39,691 bases of DNA from Vezdaea acicularis (taxonomy: Eukaryota), in NCBI GenBank assembly GCA_026025075.1, contig JAPEUI010000138.1, positions 1 through 39,691 of the forward strand. Direction: 5' to 3'. Positions 10,929 through 22,540 of the stretch are shown one piece after another. The notes under the pieces were generated by a model. That model saw only the letters and a program-made list of their open reading frames with translations, had not been told where the DNA came from and did not search any database. Position 1 is the first letter of the stretch. Each line of letters begins with the position of its first letter. A program made the position numbers and the translations under genes.

Positions 10929-12643
10929 ATGCGGCGCAGGATCACCTTTCTGCACCGCTCTGAGGATGCATTTGCGCCAAGCCAGCTTAGGACCGAGAAG
11001 AAAGCCTTGCAGGTGTCGGACTTGAAGGCTGCGCGAGAGGACCGATTCACGTTCGGATTTGAAGATATTCCCCAAGAAGTATGCGCCCCTTGGCACCTCT
11101 TTCCTGCAAAGCTAAGAGTTGCAGCTATGGAATGTTCTTAAGCAATGTTATGAATTACACATAAGATGGGCATCTCCGAAACAGTACACTTCCATCTCCC
11201 CCTTTGTATCTAGAGTCTCTCCTGGTCTACACATATTTTTTACACCCCAGACCAACCGTGAAGCGTAGGTCACTACTTCCCTGACATTGCGCTCGTCTTG
11301 GGGCTTCGATTGACTCCGAACAGGTCCTTGCTATGTCCTATGATTAAGAAGGTGTTTGGGGGTGGTTTGAATTGCGATTCCTCAAAGGTAAGTCTCCTGT
11401 TTGGCACCTCGTCTCAGTACTTGGCTGGAGCTTATGTTGTGAACTAGGACAGCTTCAGCAAGATATCCGAAATATCAGAACGATTCTCCGCATCATCTAC
11501 GTTCCAATACTATCAGCTACTCCCTTCCATAGATGTTTTAGTGGAATATCTTAAACACAAGATCTGCGCTAGCCTTGACAGCGCCTGTAGCCAGCGAGTC
11601 AATTCGTTACTCGCAGCTAGCTACCTCGATCTAGACTATGATAGTCTGTCTCATGTCGTCGTTCTGAATGCATTTTGGCAAGATGCGCCCACAGGCCAAT
11701 GGACCGAGAGGATAGAGACTTGGAGCGACAGCGACAAAGTCGAGGTCGGAGTTTTGGTCAATGAACGATCGCCAGAGCCCGAAGAGCTCACTCTTGGAGG
11801 CTCACTCACTGTGGTTGGGGAAGATGAGAAGTCAAGTGAGATTGCCCGTAATGCACTGTGCTTCCAAATACTCAATCAATAACAGGCGCAACTCTTTTCT
11901 CCTTCCCCTCGCGGCACCATCCACTCCAACCTCCCGCGACGTCATCGAAGTTTTCTGCCTCGATCCTCTCACCTTCAGGCTTACATCCTACGATGCGCCT
12001 ATCATTCCCCAGAGCACCTGTGTCCCCTCCAGCGAGTTTATGTGCCCTACACGCATACTTCACGCTTCCATCCTACATCTTCGTCGACAAATACCAGCTT
12101 TCAGACGAGATGTTCGTGAGAAGCAAAGGTATCCACACTATGCGTGACGTATCCGGCGAGACAGATCTAGAAGCACCAGACTGGGTAGTCAAGAAATGGG
12201 GTAGTACCGTCCTCCTGGAGCTACTGAAGCCGCAGGGGCGTTCAGCCTGGCATGTCGACCTACCCTTGCATCTCCGCTACCTTTCTCCATCGCACGAGGA
12301 TGGCGGCATGACCACCGTGGAGGTGCCATGGCCAGCAGTGTTCTGGGCGTGTGAAGCCGAAGATGGACTGAAGATGAGCGTCAATCCTTTCGACAGGACG
12401 AATTTGGGGTATGATGGCCTTTTTGGGCCGAAAACTATGTTCTACCATTTATCGCCCGAGTCGAATGGGACATTGATTGAAAAAATGGAGGTCCCCGTTC
12501 TCAACATGGCTTATGCACCGTATGTTGAAAGTGGCACGGTCACTGCGGTGTTGCTTGGCTTCCTATGGATTTGTTGGAAGTTATGGCAGAGCACAGTAGA
12601 AGGGCCAGAACAAGAGGCTGAAGTATATGACAAGGACACCTGA
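10929..12643 (+). CDS. PBN1: Pbn1/PIG-X, subunit of GPI mannosyltransferase I; 5 exons
   Basis: Starts MRRRITF. Spliced ELHIRW...SRVSPGLHIFF motif. PIG-X domain PSGLHPTM..CALHAYFTLPSYIFVDKYQL, GETDLEAPDW..WGS, LPLHLRY and NPFDRTNLGYDGLFGP. C-terminal TM helix. Confidence 0.9.
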
Positions 12644-13137
12644 AGCTTGTAGAGAGTGGCGCAGCAGCTACTCTTTGCATCGCCATTGAACTCTTCAAAT
12701 CCTTCAGAACCCATGGCTGTCTACACGGACGTCGCTGTAGCGAAAGCCGAAAATGGTGGGAGCAAACTGCTCTATTAGTCTCAAGGCGACGCAACCACAG
12801 CAGAGCTGATCGGGAGGATCACAGTCAGGAGTCTGGGATGGGTGGAGCTGCGCAGCATGCTGAATAGGGTTGGTTCCCCCCTGAAGAACATGGGCTTATA
12901 TTAGATCGTTGAAGGCAGGGGCGAGTCGACTACGGTAAATCATGTACTATTTGCATAGTAGTTGAAATATTAATCGAACTGTATTCTGAGCTCGCAGACA
13001 TTTTAATTCCAGATAGCCTATTTTGAGGGTACCTGAAGTATGATGACCGACATCCAGATAATGCATCGCGGAAGCCTAACCCTTTCCCTCCTAACCCCTC
13101 CTGGAGCGCCATCGGCCCAAAACCTACCGACGAACGC

Positions 13138-14857
13138 TCAAGCAAGAGCATTGAGTGCAACTGCAGTCGGCAAGATCGTGTCTTCTGCAGTCAAGTCTGG
13201 ATGTAATGCATATATAGGCCCCTTGGTATCCTCTCCATCAAATAGTAGGAAGTTCTGCAGAGGCTGCTCCTTTCCCCCTAGTACATTGATGACATCCTGC
13301 GCTAGGACCCCACCAAGTACTGCAGTCACTGGCGCCAGCTCGCAATCTATGTTTTGTAAGAAGTTTCGCATGAAGGAGGAGGTGAGGGTCTCTTGAGGAA
13401 GCTGAAGCTCCTTGTGTTTCTCCGTTGCAAGCGTGGTAAAAAGCGCGATTTCTGCATGAGCTTCGGAAGGGTGTTTGCCACCCGTTTGGGCTTCGAACTC
13501 CCATAGAGCACGCAAACCCGAGAGTAGTGGCGGGACTTGTAGCAGTTTACGTCGGCTGTTGCGATATTCCCTGGGAAGTGGGGACGTATTGGCAAGCGAA
13601 ATGGGGGAGTATATTTCCAGCTTCTTGACCAGCTCAATCACCTTACCGTCCTCCTTTTTTGTTAACGAAGAGATGACGGAACGCGTTTTGCTCTCATTTC
13701 CGACAAGGGTAGGGATATTCGATTTGTCGCGACGAATGACGAATTGATGCTGTATCAGGTCGGCGAAAAGAAACCCGTACATGCCATGGCTAGCGCCAGC
13801 GTAAAAAGGACGTGTTGCGACCCGGCAGCAAGAGTTGATGTGCGAGAGAGTGGATAAGGGAAGGTCGGTGGCGATGACCAGGTGAAAGGGCGTGTAGAAC
13901 TCAGGGGGCTGTGTGATAATATCATGTGTATACGCATGTATCTGTACTCGCGGATTGAGTTTTCTAAGAGCTCGAGCAGTAGCTTCTGCGCGCTGGAGAC
14001 ATGTTAACTTGCAAAATACAATGTACGACCAATTTTGGAAACCTTGTGCGTACATTTTGTCCTATGTCAGTTTCAGAGAGTAGAAATTGGGCACCGAGAT
14101 CATCCTCTGAAACAAGCTCATCATCAGCGATAGTGAGAGACCCGATCCCGGCCAGTACGATGTTCTTTGCCGCCTCTGCTGCAAGAGCTTGACAGTTTAC
14201 CAAGAGGACGTTCGAGACTCGAAGCCTATTTTCAATCAGCATGCCATACGAATAAAGTACGCTCATGACCCCTTATTAGTCAAAGTCTAGCGCAGCCCAG
14301 ACCCTCAAGAAGTGAGAAAATTGAAGGATCGGTATACAATATCAATTCTCAAACGGCGATTGTGTTTCTTATATAACCATGTTGAACTTCTGTGACCCTC
14401 CACCGTCTATTCGCATATACAGCCTCTCGAAGCAACATTAGAGCGAAAGAAACTATGAAGGAAAGAGCTTGTATGGCAAGAAGCCGGACACAACGCTCAG
14501 CGTACTGAGCATGGGGGAGCTTTAATATTAATTCCCAGAAAGGGGAGGAGAAAGAGCAAGATTGAACGAAGAACTTTCCCTAAGACAGGAAGGAAAGCAT
14601 ACTTACTTCTCCTGAGCTTCTACACCCCAAAGCCGTATTTGCCGATCGTAAAGAGCAATTTCCTCTTAATGGAGTTATTAGGAAGCGACACGGCAAAAAC
14701 AACATCGGCCGAGCTTACCTTCACTAATCTTTTTCTCTGACGGCAGAACTTGCACCTGGTCTAGCGCATGGGCTCCTTCATGTCCGTTAGAGACGACTTC
14801 TGGATTGAACTTGACAGTGGATGCTCCGTTCGGCTGCGTCTCATCAGTCGCCATCAT
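13138..14857 (-). CDS. AOS1: SUMO-activating enzyme E1 subunit Aos1/Rad31/SAE1 (ThiF family); 4 exons
   Basis: Spliced ISE|EEIALYDRQIRLWGVEAQEK|LRVSNVLL...AEAAKNIVLAGIGSLTIAD...DLGAQF...GQN|RAEA...LNPRV. C-terminal ELAPVTAVLGGVLAQDVINVLGGKEQPLQNFLLFDG. The start is ATG at 14857 or 14854. Confidence 0.92.
14226..14606 (-). other. Unusually long (381 nt) intron 2 of AOS1
   Basis: GTAAGT donor at 14606 and GCTGAT branch with TAG acceptor at 14226. Splicing restores AQEK|LR in frame. Confidence 0.8.
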
Positions 14858-15473
14858 TGATAGAATATGAATGTGAAATGCTTGAAGCTGGAGAAGATAA
14901 GAAGGTCCTTCTTCAGTGACCCTTCATGGTTCCGTTGTAGTGGTTCTTATTGTCAGTAAACCAGTGGGCGATTCGAGTGTTGTGAAAAGTCACAGGCATT
15001 CCAGGCTGAGCGATATGGGCTGTCTTGATAGGCTCCTTTAGGCTGGGATGTACCTGGATGTTCCACTTCTGGGCTCTTGCGTCGTCGTGCAGGACGCTAG
15101 AAAACCCGCGCAGAATCAGTGGAAGGACTAGTTTCAGGCGGCTCTTGTACGGGCTTTTGAATAACATTCACCCATGGTTGCGAATGAACCAATTTAAAGG
15201 GAGAGTTAGTAGTCTTCTATCTCTTGGAACCACTCACGCAAGTTCAAAGCTATATTCGTGCAGTCGCATAGGGCGCATCCTCCTAAGGTCTTAATCAAGC
15301 CGCGGTTGACGCTGCCCCAAGCTCGATCCTTTGCTTCGGCTTTTGCCTTTCGCGTCGTTTTCTCGCGGCTGTGAAAAGCTGCACCCCGCCCTTCGCTCAT
15401 CATCACCACTTCATATACTGCGACAAGTCTTTGTTGGCCACGTCTGCTTAACATACCAAATATACCTTCATTA

Positions 15474-17444
15474 ATGCCGAGATCCGTCCCGTTTGGTGGC
15501 ATGGTACGAGTACCCTGAAGTATCGGTTTGGAAGACCGTGCCTTCACGCTTTTAATCCTCCTTCGCATTGCCAACTTACTAACTTTTGGTGTATGGTAGT
15601 CGGACAATTTCGACTCTCCTCCTGCCTCATCAACCTCAGCTCCAAATAACCCGCCTGCCGCATCACGGCCGCCCTCGCGTGGTCGAGTCGATATAGATGT
15701 CAGCCGGCATCCGCCGGCCCTTCCACCAACGATACCGCCGCGGCTTGAATCACTCAACGCACAGGTCGAAAGGGAGCTGGAGAGGATCGATGCAAATTAT
15801 CGAGGTCGATCCGTTGGCCCTATCGTATACCCACCGCCGCCCATGTCCTCGTCAGATTCTCAACAAGAAACCCGACGTCGACGTGCTATACGAAACATCA
15901 TAGCCCGCCGGACAATCAATCAAAATGCCAACACTCAGCCGCTGTATCAAGCTGGGTCCAGGGGTCATCCCCGTGCAACCCCAAGTGATCGTTTCCATCA
16001 AAGGCACTCCCAAAGTGAAGAGTTGGCACGAGCCGGTATGCGCCTGGGTGAAGTCGGCACCGAGGTCCGTTCACTGTTTGATACGTCAACATATCACACT
16101 ATAGAACCTAGTGTTGCTACACGAGAAGCGGCAGATGAGGCCGAACAAGTACGGGCATTCAAACGTCGAAAAACTACGTCAGACAAGTGCCCTCCCCCCG
16201 GGTTCGAAGGTTTTAGCTACGGCCATTACGGGCAAGTCGAAGCGGGTCCGCTCAAAATGCGTATTTTAAGTTGCGATGGAGGAATTACGGATTCAAACAA
16301 AGATGAGAAATCGTATTCCGTCGATAACATTCTGCGCCAAGATAACACTGTATATTGCACTCGAAGCAAGATTAGTACTTGCAACCTACTCTTGAGTCAC
16401 CAAGGAGAGACGACCTTCTGCGTTCAGAAGATGATAATCCGAGCACCCAACGAGGGTTACACGGCCCCTGTCCAGCAAGGCATGATATTCATCTCTATGA
16501 CAAACGACGATCTTATCGAACGCTCTTCTGACTACAGACTTCGCTTCCCCACCTTCAGCCCTTCAACATCTCGAACCAGCTCATCATCCACGGACTACCG
16601 CGGACCCCTTCCACCGCCCCCAGCGCCTCAGGCACCTCTCCCCTTGGGACAACATACGGAGTCGGCGCGAGCACACGCTAATGCACACATACAAGAACTC
16701 CTCCGAAGGCAGCGAATACAGGCGGAAGTCCTCCACCTAGCCGGGCAGCAGGAAGCCCCCCTTCCAGAACCGACCCGACTGGAAGAGTCTTCAAGCTCTG
16801 AATCTGATGAAGAAAATGCTTATTCTGAAACGCCTATACCTCTAGCATTTCCCTCGAGCAACACGAGTATCGAGAGCCCTTCTACAGAGGAACTCGAAGA
16901 AGGCCCAGCGCGAACGCTGGGGTTTGGAAGCGAACGCCGCGCTCGCCTAGATATGAGGCGCCCTGCTAGAAGCCAAGAGCTCCTTCAAGATGAGGGAGCA
17001 TCATCTGATGATGAGGAGTTCCATATCGAGGAGGCGCGGTGGACGAGCGAAATGTTCAGGGAAGACCGAGCGATGCGGGGGAGGCGCGTGAGGGCGCTGC
17101 AACCGGCCCAGAGACGACTAAAATCGTGCGTCATTGAAGGAGAGGGAAAGGGTGGCACTTGGAAGATAAGATCTAAAGAAGGTCTGAAGCCTCACGCCAA
17201 CTTCTTTATTTCGAAGGATAGCAATAGCTGTAGCATCGAGTTTGATCCGCCTGTGTAAGTACCCAACACCCTCTCGCAGCATATTGGAAAGAGCTGTAAC
17301 GCTAATCATCCAGCCAACAGCTCAGGCAGGTACCTATTGGTGAAATTGTTCAGTCCTTCTCCGAACGAAAACATAGATGTCCAGAGCATCATCACATACG
17401 GCTTTGCAGGGCCGCGATTCTTTGGGAATATCACTCCGGCGTAG
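15474..17444 (+). CDS. Uncharacterised fungal protein with a probable galactose-binding/discoidin-like beta-sandwich split by a low-complexity insert; 3 exons (about 15474-15503, 15600-17254, 17321-17444)
   Basis: The 471-aa ORF extends upstream in frame to an acceptor at 15599. The final intron joins FDPPV|SGRYLLVKLFSPSPNENIDVQSIITYGFAGPRFF, with stop TAG at 17442-17444. Exon 1 is tentative and the fold assignment is inference. Confidence 0.72.
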
Positions 17445-18050
17445 AGGGCGTTTGAAATGGGCAGATGGTCCAGCTATCTTGGATTAGTAGTATCACAATG
17501 AGCGGCATTTGCGGCGTTACAGGGAGGAATTGGTTGATCACCAGTAACGCTTGGGCGTGGTCATCCCATACAGGTCATGGGTCAATGCCCCCCCTCATTT
17601 GCGTAGTGTACTCCGTCATCAAATCACATAGAAACACATTCATTTCCATATGACTTATCGGGATACTGAGGTTTTATTGCATTCACTAATCACTGCTCTC
17701 GGGTTCAAAGCCCTAGTACCCAATCTCGACAACAAGCTTGCTTCCATTTCAGTGGTGATCCATACCAACGACCCCATGCATCGAAAGGAGGTGATTGCAA
17801 AAAAAAAGGTATCTATCAAATACAAGAAAAAAGAACCCAACCCCCTAGAGCACCCAAGCAGAAAAGGGGCCGCGCCTTGAAAAAAAGCCGTACCAGTAGT
17901 CCAACCGAGACACGCCGCCGCCGCCGTCATCACTTTCCAGAATCCCAACCGGCTCCTGTTAAATCCATATCTAATCATGCGTGAATCATGGCTTCGTCTG
18001 AGAAGTTGAGAGAAGAGCGAGGGTAGGTGTGCTAAGCGTCATGACAAAGC

Positions 18051-20884
18051 CTAGCAGACAACGACATCGTCGCTTGTCCCTCTGTCCCCTTCTATGCCGT
18101 GTGCGCTTGCAGTTGGTCCGAAGCCGAATTTGTGCATCTCGATGTCTTCTTCGCCAAGGTTCATGCCCACACCGCTGTCGTCATGCTGCTCGTTTCCCAT
18201 GTCCTTGGTAAAGTTAGACGCCGTCACGAGAGCGGTTGTACTGCCAGTGTCAATTATGGGGAGGACGGTAGTGGACGGGGCTTGCTGCTTAGGAGGCGGC
18301 TCGGTGTAATTTGCTCCTATGGCGGTAGAGTGGGAGCGGGTATCGAAGCGCCCGGTCGGAGGTCCAAAGTCGCCTGAGACGCTGCTGTATCTGCTTGCGC
18401 CATTTGAAACGCTGCCGTTACTGCTTCGGTGCCCGTGACTCCGTGAAGTGGTCGCGTCAAAGGTCGGATCGATTACCATTGAGTCGTCGTTGGTTTTCGA
18501 TGGGAGCGGATATTGGCCAGGTATGTGGTCCATGAAGCCGCCCTTTTCTGCAAGCCAGAGCACCATTTCGTCCAGCCATGTCTTCGTGATCCACCAGCTG
18601 CCGAAGCTGCGCCCGCCATTCATGGTTAGGTCACGGAGGCAGGCAGATGAGACGCTGTTGAGGACTTGGATAATGGTGCGGGTGTTGGTGCGGGGAAATC
18701 GTGTTTGAAGGGAGGAGAGGAAGGCGGTCCATCTGTCAAGGGCTGTCTCGGTTGATTCAGGAAGGGGATGGGCATGAGGATTAGCACTGGCGTTGAAATC
18801 GCTGTTGTTGGGGTCCCAATTTAGAGAGAGAGGTGAGAGGAGCTCGCGGATCTCGTTGTTGAGAATATGAAGGACCTTTCTGTAGCCGCTACCTGGCAAC
18901 TCTGATTGGACGATCTTGACCGGTTGCACGTAAGCAAGCCACTCTTCGTACATGATATCTCTATTCGCACTGTTGCAGAGCATGTTCGCTGCGGCGTGAG
19001 CAGTCAAGTTAACTCGTAGGAGACGATCAAGAAGACTGGCAAATATCGTGGCGGGCCCCAATTTAGCCTTGATGACATGTTCGGGGTGTGACTGAAAGGA
19101 AGCTTTGATATGAGCCCCAAGACGCTCAGAGATCATTCGGAAGAAGTTCATGACCCCTTGCGGGACGACCTGAAGAGTCAGAGGTGCAACGACCCTAATC
19201 ATCTTTTGATACATAAGCCAATCACATTCGGTAATCCAAGGCGCAATGCTCGGCTGAGCTAAGAGTTTCTGCACCGGAACAGTAAGAGTTCCATGGAATG
19301 ATGTGAAGAAGTGAAGAAACTGTTTTTCACGACAGAATCGAATGCAATCTATGAGAGAAGTGCAGTGGGTGCCATAAAGCGCTGTAAGAGCGGCAGATGT
19401 GTCCAGATCAGTACCAGGGGGAAGATACGGATTGATTGATGGTAGGTGTATTGGCTCCTTATCTGAAAAGGAGACGTCGGGTGTTGAGGAAAACTTCAAT
19501 TCGCGGTCGATAATTGTGGTATGATCATTCAAATCTAAGTTGGAAGACGCGTCATAAAAAAGTCTGCCAAACGCTGCAGGTTGACGAATTCTCGACGTCG
19601 AAGATCCCTGAATCATACCAGGCGTTGGGAAGGCTGCAGTGTCCATGGGAAGTTGGAATTTGGAGCTAGAGAGGGATAAAGGTGAATGAAGGTTCGAGAG
19701 TGGGTGGGCAGAGCTAATGCATGTTGTAAGACTTACCTCGTGTTTTCAAAACGGTCGTTGCCAAAATCCTGCTGACTGGGAACGGTAGCAGTCGAGGTGT
19801 GTCCATTACTACTACTCTGCTCTTCCGGTAACTCGACGAGTGACAGTCCACAATAGTGGTACTTGGATTCGCCGCGCATTCCAAGTCGTCGCGTTTGGAT
19901 TCCGGGAAACATCACTCTCACGAGTTTACCAAAAGAGGCGGGATTCAGGACGCCGACGCGTTCTTTACCACATCGAGTCACATAGTACGAGTAAACCCTG
20001 CCACGAGGAACAGACCCCGAGCTCTTCTTGCATGAAGTGTTTAACCTGAAAGGGCACTACGTTAGCGAACAATTCTGCTTCGACTTCACACGAGATATCG
20101 TACCAAACCATAGCAAAAGTCTGGCGAATCTTTTCAGAATTTGGTCCTCTTTCGTTACCAAGGAGTTGCGCAGCGATCTGCTCTAATGTCTTGGTCTCAT
20201 TCTCCCTAAATAATTTTCGTAACTCGAGATCATTCTGAAAGCTTGCGCTCGAACGACTCTTTGTTGCCTTCCCATCTGCTTCGGCGTCTGGATCCGGTGT
20301 CGCCTGAGCTCTATCATTTTGCATTGTATCAAGTAGGTGACCTTCGGGGCCATCAAATTTAGGGAATGGCTGAATAGATTGATCTTGCGTTACATGACTG
20401 TGATACTGTGGGTCATTGTTGTATGGTTGATATTGGTTATGTTGGCCTCCAAGGGCTGGGTCAATCGCAAGACCATGGGGGTTGGTAAGATTGTGGGCAG
20501 ATTGCATGATCATACTTTCTGGTGTATATGCGAAATTCTCATTGGGCTGGAGTTGATGATGATGCATTTGTGGCTGTGGTTGCTGCGAGTAGTTGGAAAG
20601 TCCATCATGTTGCTGCGACCCTTGTGTGTTTACACTATGTATACTTGTAGTTGAAGCTCTTGACTGCGGCCGACGCTTGCTTTTTGTCGAAGTCGATGTA
20701 CTAGAGCGAGGCCTTTGAGTAGCAATTGTGTTTGGGCCTAGTTGCAAATGAGGCCGATCTGTGAAGCGCAAGATCTCTGTCAGAAGGTTGTTTTGATTGC
20801 GACCACAACGTTCAATGGCACAGGAAAGAACTGGCACGGCAGTATGGAAATTGGAAGAGCATATTTACCATCAACATGCTCCAT
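18051..20884 (-). CDS. RFX1: RFX winged-helix transcription factor (Rfx1/Crt1/Sak1/CPCR1 family); 4 exons
   Basis: RFX DNA-binding domain FAMVW|LNTSC...VPRGRVYSYY..RCGKERVGVLNPASFGKLVRVMFPGIQTRRLGMRGESKYHYCGL. C-terminal dimerisation-type region (LRDLTMNGGRSFGSWWITKTWLDE). The start exon MEHVD at 20884 is tentative. Confidence 0.92.
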
Positions 20885-21176
20885 CTTTGCGACTCCTCGA
20901 GCGCTGCGCAGCGGGGTTGCTTCTATGCAAGATCTGCTGGGTGCGCAAGCATTTACTGTTGTGAGAGGGGAGGTTGGTGCCGACTAGATCACGATGCTTT
21001 TGCGCAGATTGGCAAAGTCGTCTCCAAAGGACCCAAGGGAAGGTCGAGTGAGAGTGCAAGTCAGCTAGGTGGGGGGGAATATGAGCTCCTTTGACTCTCG
21101 AGTCGGCCGACTGCGGGATGCCGTCAACGATGCTCAAGCTCAAAGGTCAAGAAAGTGGTTTGTTGACTTTGTTGCG

Positions 21177-21190
21177 GTCGCCTCGACAAC
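21177..21190. promoter_or_regulatory. X-box-like element GTCGCCTCGACAAC in the RFX/YOP1 divergent promoter
   Basis: 14-bp imperfect inverted repeat resembling the RFX-binding X-box (GTYGCC-nn-GRCAAC), about 290 bp upstream of the predicted RFX start. Confidence 0.35.
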
Positions 21191-21502
21191 AAGGCCAGAG
21201 AGGGTGGAACGGCGGCTGTGTGGGTTTTCGCCAGTGCGCCTATCACGAGTACTGGTGGTCACCGGCATCTCGCATCATTCTAAGCGAACCAAACATTATG
21301 CGCTGCGTGAGGCCAGCTTATGACGCTCCCAGACAGCGTTCCGATTCCTGCCAATTCCGTCACAAGCTTGCTTCTTCTTCAACTTTGCATCCAGTAAGAA
21401 AACCGACCGTTCATCCACACTCTTACTACATCAAAAATATCTCCTGCCCAGATCTAGCTGTCACTGTTATCAAAGCAGATTTCAACAAGTCCAACCGCCA
21501 CT

Positions 21503-22540
21503 ATGTCGTTCCAGGACAAAGCTCAGGCACACCTATCGCAGATCGATAAGGAGGTACGTCGCCTTTCTCCATTGAACTTTGGTTCAAATCCAGCCGGATA
21601 CTTCTGTTGTCGCCGTTGTAAAACCCTCTATGCCCTACGACTTCTCGATTCCCTCACAGAAGAGTGGTGAAGCTTTCAGATTAACCGCTCAATAGCTATC
21701 AAAGTACCCGGTGCTCAACAACTTTGAGAGGCAGACCTCTGTTCCCAAAGTCTATGCCTTCCTTGGGTTGCTTGGGATCTACTTCTTCCTGATCTTCTTC
21801 AATATTGGGGGCCAGTTGCTCGTCAACATCGCCGGTTTCCTCCTCCCCACTTACTATTCTATGAGCGCACTGTTTAGTGTAAGCAAGGTCGATGATACTC
21901 AGGTATGCTCAAGCTCCGTCTGATTGTGGACCGTGGACACTACGATCAACCCAATTTCACCCCCTCGCTAGCTTATCACATGCGAGGATCATGCTGACAT
22001 AGAACATAGTGGTTAACGGTACGTGACCACCATCTAGAAGGTGGCAGTAGTCGCATGACTCGTCGATGGGGGAAAGCACGTGACTGACATCAAGGTTATT
22101 TCGTGTAGTACTGGGTTGTATATGCATTCTTAACGTATGTACACGCCTGACTCCAGCCACAGCCCGAATAAGAAAAAACTGACCGCCTATAGTGTCTTCG
22201 AAAGTGCGGTTAACGCAGTCAAATGGTTCCGTACGTTAGCAACAGGAATTTTCCAGATAATAGCATAAGTGTTAACATAGAGTGTAGCGTTCTACTATAC
22301 GTTCAAATTTGTCCTCGTTCTATGGCTCTCGCTTCCCCAGACCGCGTAAGTTGACACCGCAGCTTGTCCTTGATAAGGTACGAAGGAGTTAAATGGCATT
22401 TTAGTGGCGCTCAAATTGTCTTCCGCTCCTTCCTCCAGCCTGTCTTCTCGAAATACTTTCACTCTAGCGGGTCTACCGCCGCCAACCTTCGCGCTAAGGC
22501 GGATCAAGCTGCTACTCCCGAGAAGCCACATGCTTTGTAA
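21503..22540 (+). CDS. YOP1: Yop1/DP1/REEP5-type ER-shaping protein; 7 exons (21503-21553, 21696-21902, 22010-22018, 22109-22134, 22193-22230, 22288-22345, 22405-22540)
   Basis: Spliced MSFQDKAQAHLSQIDKE|LSKYPVLNNFERQTSVPKVY...DDTQ|WLT|YWVVYAFLT|VFES...WFP|FYYTFKFVLVLWLSLPQT|AGAQIVF, the TB2/DP1/HVA22 signature. Confidence 0.93.

Noticed and set aside
15206..15757. 183-aa minus-strand ORF
   Set aside because: It overlaps the promoter and 5' exons of the plus-strand gene, has no recognisable motif and lacks a convincing start. Treated as a shadow ORF.
17650..17978. Small ORFs, poly(A) runs and a (GCC)4 tract between two convergent genes
   Set aside because: Low-complexity 3' UTR sequence. 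No target-site duplication or retroelement body accompanies the A tracts.
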